Source of the DNA: Octopus sinensis | Taxonomy: Eukaryota | Direction: 5' to 3' | DNA length: 64,000 bases | Assembly (NCBI RefSeq): GCF_006345805.1 | Contig: NC_042999.1 | Coordinates: forward strand, 68,262,001-68,326,000 | Part shown: in pieces, positions 27,133-39,300 of the stretch | Position numbering within the stretch: position 1 is the stretch's first letter | Layout: every line of letters starts with the position of its first letter | The notes under the pieces: model-generated | What the model was told of the DNA's origin: nothing | Seen by the model: only the letters and a program-made list of their open reading frames with translations | The model's database searches: none | Program-made: the position numbers and the translations under genes

Positions 27133-27164
<32 letters not shown>

Positions 27165-27272
27165 TGTGAGAGAAAATCCACAATTTCCCGTATGCATGGT
27201 GCTATTAAGTTAGACATGGCCTGGGCCAATAATGGCCGAAACCTATCAAAGTATGTGTATGTATAAATATAT

Positions 27273-27348
<76 letters not shown>

Positions 27349-30300
27349 TACAATCACACACATAAGAGAGGAAACCTTTTATGTCACAATTTCCTTTTCC
27401 ATTTATCTAAAAAAATAATAGATTTTGAACCTAATTAAAAAGGCAAAAAATGGAATAGTTATTTTGATACTATTTAATTTAGTTTAATCCGGACGAATAT
27501 ACAATTTGAACTTCAATAAATCATGCTCAAAACACATCTGTTTCCAATCTGGTTTGTCTAGTCTGATTTTCTTCTCATTAAAGTGCGATGTGTCCAAAAC
27601 AAAGCCAACTATTTTGCTCGTCAACTGATGAAATCGATGCAAGGTGTGGGCACGGATGATGACACTTTGGTCAGAGTTGTTACGTCACGCTGTGAAATTG
27701 ATATGGTGCAGATTAAGAAAGAATTCTTCAACCTCGCAAGCCAAAAACTGGAAGATTATATATCTGTAAGTTCTCTTCGTCCTTCCCTTCCTCTCTTTTT
27801 TCTTCTTTCTCTATTTCTCTTTCCTTCCCTCTCCCTCCCATTTTCTCTCTGACTCTCCATTTCCTTCTCCTCCCTTTCCTTTTGTCCCCTTCTCTCCCTC
27901 CCTCCTTTTCTTTCTCTTTCCTCCCCTCCCCTCTCCCCTTCTCTCTCCTTTTCTCCCCTTCTCTCTCTCCCTCTTTCTCTTTCCTTCGCTCCCTTATCCT
28001 TCTCTCCCCTACTCTTTCTTTTCCTCTTTCTCTTTCCTCCCCTCACATCTCCCCCTCTCCCTTTCTCTCTCCCCTCTTTCTTTTTCTCCTCTTCTCTCTC
28101 TTTTCCTCTCTTTCTCTCTTATTTTACAAATCATTTACATCACTTAATGTATAAAAAATATGTTCTTTAATCTTTTACTCATCTTAGTCATTAGAAAACC
28201 ATGTGAGAGAACCATTTTGAAGGATTTAATCAATCAAATTGAGCTCCGTACCTTATTTTTTTGTGAAACCAGGTACTTATTCTGTCAGTGTCTGCTTGCC
28301 AAACTGCTAAGTTATGGGCTTGTAAACTATCCACCACCAGTTGTCAAATGGTGACACACACACACACACACACGACAATATATTCATATTCTCTCTCTTT
28401 CCGGAAGGGTAAACCATGAATTTAATTCTTAAACAAGACACCTGCTCCTGTCCCTCTGTTTTATGCATTTGGTGACCTTACTAGTACTGGTGCCAGGAAG
28501 AAAGCACCCACCTTTTACACTCTGTAAAGTGGTTGGCATTAGGAAGGTTGTTTAGCTGTAGAAACCATGTCAAAGCAGACATTGGGGCTCAGCATGGCCC
28601 TTCTGGCTCATTGATTTCTGTAGGAATGGAAAAAAAACTATTAAATATTGATGATGAGGAATCTATTTTGAAATGCCGCCTTGAGAACAAGAGGTTTTGG
28701 CAAAATGTAAGTGACCAGATTAACCAAACAAGATGACCTGACAAAAGCATCAAGATCAGGAAGAATTAAAGGCGCAACTGATGGTTTCAAACAAGCAGGA
28801 AGTTAGCAGCATGACTACTCTGAAAAAGAAAGTCTGTTAGTATTGAGATATCTCACAATTGACTTTTCATCTGATGATTGCCGTCCACGAAGTTTGAAGT
28901 AAGGAAAAAGTAGTTAACTACAGCAACACTGGTTCAATGCATTTCAACAAGAATAACATCAGTTGATTTGACCTTTAACAGCCTGCATCTGGTCAGTTAC
29001 TATGGCTCTGATGACAGTTTCTTGAATTTTTCTTTCTATATACTGATAAACAAGTGCAGAAACTCTTGTCCAAGTAAGTGGTCTGCCGTTACGTTCTGAG
29101 TTCAAATTCCACTGAGGTCAACTTTGCCTTTCATCCTTTCGGGGTCGATAAATTAAGTACCAGTTACGCACTGGGGTCGATGTAATTAACTTAATTTGTT
29201 TGTCCCCTCTATATTTAGCCCCTTGTGGGTAATAAAGAAACATATTAAAGATCAAATCATCTGATGTTATCATTCTTGTTGAAATGCATTGAACCAGTGT
29301 TGCTGGAGTTAACTACTTTTCCATTACTTCAAACTTCATGGACGGCAATCATCAGATGAAATATCATGAGGTATCTTGACATGGGACATTGAGAGGCCAT
29401 GCCCAGATATGGATGTACAACATATTTTAAACTGAGGTGGCTGCATTTCACTTGCCTGCTCTTTAGAGAATCAATTTACTGCAGCAATCTGTTGTTTGGG
29501 TCATAACTTAACTTGACTTGACTTGAGACAGCATTCACCCGGGGTGGGTTGAGCTGGCTTCATTCATCCTCAATGCTGCATCTCTCACAAATGCCGACCA
29601 GGCCTGGCGATTTGAAGCTAACGACCGCATGATCTCCAACCACTCCTTATTCCAGCGGCGAACGCCGTAGATATGGGGGTCTAGGTTTGGGTCATAAACT
29701 GTTTATGGTGAGATGCATTTTTTGTTCATCTTCATCACAGTTAACAACAATGTCTCTTAGAGTTTTCTTCTATACTGCTGTTGCTAGTTCAAATCCAGAT
29801 GATTGGGGCCATGTCATACATGTCTAAGAATAATATACTTAATGTCAATGAGTGATTAAATCAATCAAAAGTTAAAGATATACTGTCTATAAATGAGGTT
29901 CTTAGTAAGTCGAATATCTTGAAATCCTTCAGCTTTTTATTTATTTATATATAATGTGTGCTGTATGTGTGTGTATATATGTGATGTGTGTGTGTATATA
30001 TATATGTATAGAGAGAAAGAGAGAGAGGTGTATGTACTAAAGGATCATGCCTGCATCTCTTGTTTTGCAGTAGAATTGATTTTTCCTATTGGAAATTCCG
30101 TTTTATTTAGCATGTCATATTGATATTTTGTTATTTATTTTACAGGGTGATATCTCAGGAGATTACCTAAAGATAATTTTAGCCTTAGTCTCTGGTGGAA
30201 AACCTCCTGATTTAAATGTCATGGGCAAGTTACCATATGGCTTTTTCCCTTATTTATAATTAATTTTCTTTTGTTACACATATATACATGTATATCTTAA

Positions 30301-33300
30301 AATATTCTAATTTCCCTCTGGACTTCCTTGCAGTTGTGTGTAGTGGATGTGCAGAAATTCAAATGCTATTATTTACTGTTACTATTATTTACTGTTACTA
30401 CTGTTTACTGCAAATGCCAAGTGTTTAAACAATACCAAACAGCTGTTGTGAAAGTAGTGATTTCTAGAAAGAGTATGCAGTGAAAACATTTAAAATACTG
30501 CTCACCTTTTCCTTCTTTGGTCACTAAACTCTGCTTGCAAAAACCTGTTGAGGCAAGTGAAATCACAATCAAAATTAAATTCGACGACTGGCATCTGTGC
30601 TAGCGGGGTGCAAAGAGCACCATAGAGCATCATATGAGGGTGATCGTTGACGGAGCGGCTAACCGGCTTCCGTGCCAGTGGCACATAAAAGGGCACCATT
30701 CAAGTGTGACTGTTACTAGCATCGCCTTACTGGCACTTGTTCTCGTGCTAGTAGGGTGCCAAGAGCACCATCCAAGTGTGATCATTGCCAGAGCAGCCAA
30801 CTGGCTCCATGCTGGTGGCACGTAAAAGGGCACCATTCGAGTGTGATCATTACGAGCATCGCCTTTCTGGCACCTGTGCCGGTGGCATGTGTAAAAAGAT
30901 TCGAGCGAGGTCATTGCCAGTACCACCTGACTGGCCCCATGCTGGTGGCATGTAAAAAGCACCCACTACACTCTCGGAGTGGTTGGTGTTAGGAAGGGCA
31001 TCCAGCTGTAGAAGCTCTGCCAGATCAAGATTGGAGCCTGGTGCGGCCATCTGGTTTGCCAGCCCTCAGTCAAAATCGTCCAACCCATGCTAGCATGGAA
31101 GGCAGACGTTAAACGATGATGATGATGATCAACTGCTTCTTATCAATCATCCTCATGATTCAAAATACACTGACAATTTACTTTTGCTTATTCCAGTGTA
31201 ATAGGATTACTTTACAAAATGTATGCAAAGGAATATAGAAGACAAATTCAGTGACTTTGGACATTTTTTGCCATATGTTTAAACAAAATTTATATAACTT
31301 TATATCTCAGATTTTAGTTGTATTTACCTTGTAGTTAAAGTAGTTTTGTGACAAAAATTCCTCCATGCATTTATATGAATAATCTATTTCTTTATTACCC
31401 ACAGGGGGCTAAACATAGAGGGGACAAACAAGGACAGACATGGGGATTAAGTCGATTACATTGACCCCAGTGATTAACTGGTACTTATTTAATCGACCCC
31501 GAAAGGATGAAAGGCAAAGTCGACCTCGGCGGAATTTGAACTTACAACGTAACGGCAGATGAAATATTGCTAGGCATTTCACCCGGCGTGCTAACGTTTC
31601 TGCCAGCTCGCCGCCTTATTTATATGAGTAATCTGTTAGTAAAAGGGTAAAGACCAAATTCTACATAGCAGAATCTCTACCAAAATCAGCTTAAAATGAG
31701 CATTCCTATTACTTTACAAATTATATGATCTCATGACTATCTCAAAGAATTCTTGGCTAAAGCATTTAACCTCCCCCACTTATAGTAAAATAATAAAACT
31801 CTTCTAGCGCACATCCTATTTCATGTCAGAATCACCAACTGAAATAATACCTCTATTGAATTCTAAAGCTTGTTTTAAGTGGATAGAATTACAAAACACT
31901 GAACTGTGTAAATTTACAAAGACAATGATGGACTATTTATTTTGTGAGGTATAAAGAGTCACAAAACAGTCTAACCATTCTGCCAATACATCACATGAAG
32001 TTTACAAACACTGTCTTATGCTCTGTGTGTGTGTGTGTGTGTGTCACAATACTATTTTCCATTGAGTACTCTTTTTGTGTCTCTGTGTGTGTACTTTTAT
32101 CATGTCTATATTATAAAACCACTTCAGGAGGAAAGGCTCTGGTGCAGTCAGTTAAGAATAAAAGTGTAAAGCAATTAGATAAAGAAGTGAAAATGGAATC
32201 CGAAGATGTACAGGTTAGTATAGATTTATTGTACTTCTTATAACAGTACAGCATTTCATCGGTCATTACATTACAGCCCACAGTCAATAACATACAGTAT
32301 TTTCTTAACCAGTACGATGTTCTCTATAACTTTTACTCTTTAACTTGTTTCACTCATTTGACTGCAGCCATGCTGGAGCACCACCTTTAGTCGAACAAAT
32401 CAACTCCAGGACTTATTCTTTGTTAGCCTAGTACTAATTCTATTGGTCCCTTTTGCCGAACCACTAAGTTATGGGGACGTAAACACACCAGCATCGGTTG
32501 TCAAGTGATGTTGGGTGGTTGGGGGGGGACAAACACTGACACACACACACACACACATATATATATACATATATATGAAGGGCTTCTTTCAGTTTCCGTC
32601 TACCAAATCCACTCTCACAAGGCTTCAGTCAGCCCGAGGCTATAGTAGAAGACACTTGCTCGAGGTGCCACACAGTGGGACTGAACCTGTAACCATGTGG
32701 TTCGTAAGCAAGGTACTTACCACACAGCCACTCCTGTGCCTATTGTACAGAACACTTCAATATTTTATTGTCAACCTGGTATTCCTCCTCAGCAATTAAA
32801 AAAGCTGTGAAGTTATAACAGGATTGCTGAGCCATTGAAGGCACGTGGCTTAGTGGTTAGGGTACTCACCTTATGTTCGTAAGGTCATGAGTTTGATTCC
32901 TGGTGGCATATTGTGTCCTTGAGCAAGACACTTTATTTCACATTGCTCCAGTCAACCCAGCTGGTAAAAAAGGAGTAGCAATGGTATTTCAAAGGGCCAG
33001 CCCTAGTCACATCCTGTGTCACACTGAATCTCTCTGAGAACCACATGTCTGTGGAGTGCTCAGCCACTTGCATGTTAATTTCACAAGCAAGCTGCTCCAC
33101 TGATTGGATCAACAGGTGGGGGACAAATACATACACAAACACACACACACAAACATATAAATATACACGACAGGCTTCTTTCAGTTTCTGTCTACCAAAT
33201 CCACTCGCAAGGCTTTGGTTGGTCTGAGAATTTTAGTAGAAGACACTTGCCCAAGGTGCCACACAGTGGGACTGAACCCATCATAACCAACAGAGTGCCA

Positions 33301-36300
33301 GTTATTTTGCTAAATTCTTTATTTCCAAAATTGATTGAAACAAAGTTAGTGTAGGTCAACATCAATATGGTAGGTGTGGCTGCATGGTAAGAAGTTCTGG
33401 GTTCAGTCCCACTGCATGGCATCTTGGGCAAGTGTCTTCTACTATAGCCTCAGACCAACGAAAGCCTTGTGAGTGGATTTGGTAGACAGAAACTGAAAGA
33501 AGCCTGTCTTGTATATATATATATATATATATATATTGTTTGTGTGTTTGTCCCCCACTATCACTTGACAACCGGTGTTTGTGTGTTTACATCCCTGTAA
33601 CTTGGCAGTTCAGCAAAACAGACTGATACCAGATTTTACAAAAAAAAAAGAAGAAAAAAAGACAAATTTAAAAAATAAATACTGGGGTAAATTCCTTCAA
33701 TTAAAATAATATTTGTTTTATTTAACCTCTAAAATACTTAATATTTTCATGATTTAAAATGCAAAATAACAATATTCATTTTATTTAACCTCTAAAATAC
33801 TTAATATTTTCTCAATTAAAATACAAAATAACAATATTTGTTTTATTTAACCTCTAAAATACTTAATATTTTCTCAATTAAAATGCAAAATAACAATATT
33901 CGTTTTATTTAACCTCTAAAATACTTAATATTTTCTCAATTAAAATGCAAAATAACAATATTCGTTTTATTTAACCTCTAAAATACTTAATATTTTCTCA
34001 ATTAAAATGCAAAATAACAATATTCATTTTATTTAACCTCTAAAATACTTAATATTTTCTCAATTTAAAATGCAAAATAATATTTGTTTTATTTAGCCTC
34101 TAAAATAATTAATATTTTCTCAATTAAAATGCAAAATAACAATACTCGTTTTATTTAACCTCTAAAATACTTAATATTTTCTCAATTAAAATGCAAAATA
34201 ATATTTGTTTTATTTAGCCTCAAAAATACTTAATATTTTCACGATTTAAAATGCAAAATAACAATATTTGTTTTATTTAGCCTCTAAAATACTTAATATT
34301 TTCTCAATTAAAATGCAAAATAACAATATTTGTTTTATTTAGCCTCTAAAATACTTAATATTTTCTCAATTAAAATGCAAAGTAACAATATTTGTTTTAT
34401 TTAGCCTCTAAAATACTTAATATTTTCACGATTTAAAATGCAAAATAACCATATTTGTTTTATTTAACCTCTAAAATACTCTTATATTCCAGGAAGATCC
34501 TACAGTGTTTCCTTATAATCCATTTGACCCTGAAAGTGATGCAAAAATGCTACAGAAAGCTATGAAGGGCTTTGGTAAGCACTTAATGAACTTTATAACT
34601 TAAATGAATCTGTTTCCATAATGACAAGTATTGGGTTCTTTTACTCGAAATAGGGCAGGATTTTTTTTTATTAGATGGAGGTCAGTTTTTGACAAGGTGC
34701 ACACATACAATTGTGTCAATGTACAGGAGAGTGTTCAAATAGGCTGAGGGAAACCAAGCAAGGATTCGTAACAGGAAGGGATTCTGACCATAGAATATTG
34801 CCTCAATAACATCTCATCTCATACATTTCATCAGAGATGATGTGGATATAAAAACAAGAATTCTGTTTTCTATCATTTAGTTCCTTTGCTTAACCTTAGT
34901 TCTTTAAAATAGTGATTTCTTAGAATTACTGTATTTTGATGTGTATAAGGAACCCTTTTTTTGTCAAAATTTAGGTTAAAAAAATTTGGGAGTTTCTCAT
35001 ACATGGATAGTATTATAATCCCGTGCAAAACCTTTTTTCCAAATTTTAACCCCCCCCAAAATTAAGTAAAAATACAGTATACATGGATAGTATTATAATC
35101 CTGTGCAAAACCTTTTTTCCAAATTTTAACTCCCCCAAAATTAAGTAAAAATACAGTATATCAACTGTGATACTTGTTGGTTTATTTGTGTCCTCATAAC
35201 TTAGCAGTTTGGCTTCATTAAACCTCTCAAGGTGGTGCCCCAGCATGGTAGCAGTGTAAAGACTGAAATAAATAAAAGTCAAAATGTAGAAGATATACCC
35301 TCACCACCACCACTGAAGATGTACGACAAAGAGGATTTCAGCAGGATTTGAATTCAGAGGCTTAATAACTAAATATTGTTTTTTGACTTAAAATATTGTT
35401 ATGGAGGCAAGAAAAAGTAAACGAACAGAAAACATTATGCCCCTTGTTCCATTTGTTGGAATTGAACCGGCGCTCCAGTTGTTTAGGACAAAGGAAATAC
35501 CATTGTCCTGTCAAAGACCACGATTATTAATGGTCCTAGGCAGCATTGATCTATAATCCCCACATAGTCACGGAAAGTTAAAAAAAAAAAAAATGCTACC
35601 CGTTATAAATACGGCTAGCATTAAGTTAGTTAGTCAGTTGGCAAGGAGCAGTCAACGAGAAACCGTGAGAGGGTTGTGTGAGCGGAGTGGACAAGGGAGT
35701 GAGTTCGAGATGGTGGAGTCGGCGAGAGGCAGCAACAAAGATGACAGGCGTGGTCTAGAGAGAGACACAGTGAGTGTGAGAGAGAGAGGTAGTAAGGAAG
35801 ATGACAGTGAAGGGGCAGAGAGAGACATAAAGAAGCCGGACTGTTATAGTGGAAGTTTTGTGATGTCAGGGGGTGTTGCAGGCGAGGAATATGCGGTAAT
35901 GTTTTATTTGTGTTTTGAATTTCGATGTTTAAATGATTGAAAGAGAAAGAAAAAAAGAAAAAAAAACATGTTGTGGGCTGTTTTCAAAAGAAAAGAAAAG
36001 GAAGAAAAAGAAAAAGAACCTGGAAATGTTTTTGTTTTAAAAAGCAGACGGAACTTTGTGAACTGTTGTGTTAAAAAAAAAGGGGAGGAGAGTAGAGCTC
36101 TAAGAGACTGCTGATTTTGAACTTTGTGTTAAATGTAAACAAAACGATTTGTCTTGAAAAAAAAAAGACCGAACAGTATTGTGTCAAATGTTAAATGATT
36201 TGTTTTTTTTTAACTCTGTATTATGTTTAAATGCATTTGATTTGGTTTTTCGAAATTCAAATGATTGTTCTTCGAACTCTGTACATGATTTGTCAACCTT

Positions 36301-39300
36301 TGTTTTGGAATGCTTTGATTTTGTTTTGAAAAAAAATTGATAAATTACGCAACTTCTGCTGTGTCTCTTTCTTTTGTTGTCATTGTGTTGGTTCCTGGCT
36401 GCGTTCGCCGCCTTCCCCACTTTCCGTGGTGGATTTCTGGTTTGCTGAGCATCGTCGTCGCGAGTTAGGGCCTGTGGTGGAATCAGAAGGCCTTGGACCC
36501 TGAGTGACAGCGTAACAACATTAAATTATGAAAGAAAAATATATTTGTTTTTATTTTTATAGGTACTGATGAAGATGCCATCATTGATGTAATAACCCAT
36601 CGATCATGCGACCAAAGACAGAAAATAAAGCTAACCTTTAAGACCATGTTTGGAAAGGTGAGTTAGCACACTTTTGTTTTGAAGCCCCAGGATTCCCACA
36701 GCTGTTGTATCAACCAAATCTATGATCAAATGCATACCAGCCGTGACCATCCTGTTTTTTTTTTGTTTTTTGTTCTTTGCAATCAGATATTGAAATGGAT
36801 TTGCATATTCTACTGAAATTGGCGATATAAAAATCAAAAGCAGTTCTTAGATGATTTGAACTCTGGATTTAAAGGGGGGAAAGCTAAATTTCGTATTTGA
36901 TGGCACATATGATGCATTTTTTGTCCAAGAAAATGTTTCAAAGAATCATCTTGGATCCTATATAATATTGGGCCTCCTGTATGCTAATTTTGTCCCTGAC
37001 ACTCTCTGCTATATTCTAATTTTAATCCAGACTGTCTCCTCTGCTTATCTCGTATCCAAGTCGGAGATTTGTAGCTTGTAATTGAGCCACTTCATCTTGA
37101 TGGATGTGAAGGGTTCTGGCGCCTGAAGTGGCTGTTCAGCCAAGGACAATATAGAAGAGCAGGGGAGTTGTTGTTGCAGCTCTGCTCATTCAGGTGTAAT
37201 TTGGTTAAACAATAACAGCTGCCTTCACATTCAACACCAGAAATAAACCATGCAGACAGAAGCCAAAAGATTATAATTTCTGAAACCATTTTATTCACAG
37301 GATTTAATAAAAGAATTGAAAAGTGAACTTAGTGGTTGTTTCTGTGATACAATTCTTGGTCTTTGTATGACACCAGTTGAATTTGATGCCACCAATCTAA
37401 ATAAAGCCATGAAGGTAAGTTGGATGAGAAAAGAATATAGTTTCATCATTATCATTGTTGTTTAATGTCTGCTTTCCATGTTGGCATGGGTTGGATGGTT
37501 TGATTGAGGATGGCAAGACAGGAGGCTGCACCAGGCTCCAGTCTGATCTGGGAAGGTTCCTACTGCTAGATGCCCTTCCTAATGTTAGCCACTCTGAGAG
37601 TATACTGGGTGCTTTTTACATACCACTGGCATGGGGCCAGTCAGATGGCACTGGCATCGATCTTGCTTGAATGATGCTTTTTATGTGCCACTGGGACGGG
37701 TGCCAATCAGGTAGCACTGGCATTAACCACACTCAAATGATGCTTTTTACATGCCACCGACACATGTGCCAGTCAGGTGGCACTGGCATCGACCACACTT
37801 GAATGGTGCTTTTTACATGCCACCGGCACAGGTGCCACTGGCATCAGCCATGACAGCGATTTTACTTGACTCAATAGATCTTCAAAAGCACAGCACATTG
37901 TCCGATAATTGAAGAGAACTCTTAAATGGTCTGGTTATGCAACACTGGCATTGGCCATAGCTAAGATCTCACTTAGCTTGCCAGGTCTTTTCAAGCACAG
38001 CATGTCCCCAATTCCTATCTTACATAACTTTAGATTTAATAGGGTCCAAAAGACAGAAAAGTCAAAACCCAAAGGAATTAATGGTGGTCAGCATTGGTAA
38101 TAATTATTCTCTAAAGTTCTTGCATTTTACAGTTCTATATTTAAGAGATGAGGAATTATGTGCATTATTTATGGTGTAGTAGTTAAGAGCGCAGGTTACC
38201 AACCCCAAGATTCCGAGTTTGATTCCAGGCAGTGACCTGAATAATAATAACAATAATGATGATGATGATAATGAGAACCCATGTTCGAAATTTCCCCAAG
38301 ACACTTGATGAAGGCTGGAGAATATATCAGCCGAAACGTTGTGTTAACAACAAACAAGATTAGGACAAATATCTGTTGAATGTAAATAATGTAAATAATT
38401 CTTGCATTTTGATAAGCTTGTGTGTACTAAAGAAACAAAACTTCTCAACTGTACCTTGTTTTGAAATTGTTTTTTGTGCCTGTATCAAAGAGCCATTGAA
38501 ATCATTAACTTATGAGAGCTGCCTCTGTCTTGCCTCCTTTAGACCAGAACTTAAACCACTTAATGCAATTTGGTCTCAGAGTCCTGTCAAAAGTCATGTG
38601 GCCAGCCCCTCCCTCTAAATACAGACAGTAAGAATATAAATAAAGTTGTGATACCAGTGCTGGTGGCATGTAAAAGAACCATCCAAACGTGGCGGTTGCC
38701 AGCGCCGCCTCGACTGGCCTCCGTACCAGTGGCATGTAAAAAGCACCAACCGGTCGTGGCCGTTGCCAGCCTCGCCTGGCACCTGTGCCGGTGGCACGTA
38801 AAAAGCACCCACTACACTCACAGAGTGGTTGATGTTAGGAAGGGCATCCAGCTGTAGAAATACTGCCAGATCAGACTGGGCCTGGTGCAGCCTCCTGGAT
38901 TCCCAGACCCCAGTTGAACCGTCCAACCCATCCTAGCATGGAAAGCGGACGTTAAATGATGATGATGAGATCAGAACATTTAATATATAACTACTCTTTT
39001 ATTCTTCTTACTTGTCATTTGATTGCGGCCATGCTGGAGCATCACCTTGTGGGGTTTTAGTCAAAGAAATTGACCCCAGGACTTAATTTTTTAAGCCTAG
39101 TACTTATTTCTATCAGTCTCTTTTGCTGAACTGCTAAGTTACAAGGACTTAAAAACACCGACACCAGCTGTCTACGGTGATGAGGGGGACAAATACAAAC
39201 ACACGAACATAGATATCATCATTGTTTAACGTCCGTTTTCCATGCTAGCATGGGTTGGACAGTTCAACCGGGGTCTGGGAAGCCAGAAGGCTGCACCAGG

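Noticed and set aside
27756-28154. R/E/G-rich and S/P/F/L-rich ORFs
   Set aside because: Low-complexity CT tract
35593-35940. 115-aa ORF as an extra exon
   Set aside because: Flanking exons 34574 and 36563 already join to give GFG-TDE; ORF lies in a GA-rich insert
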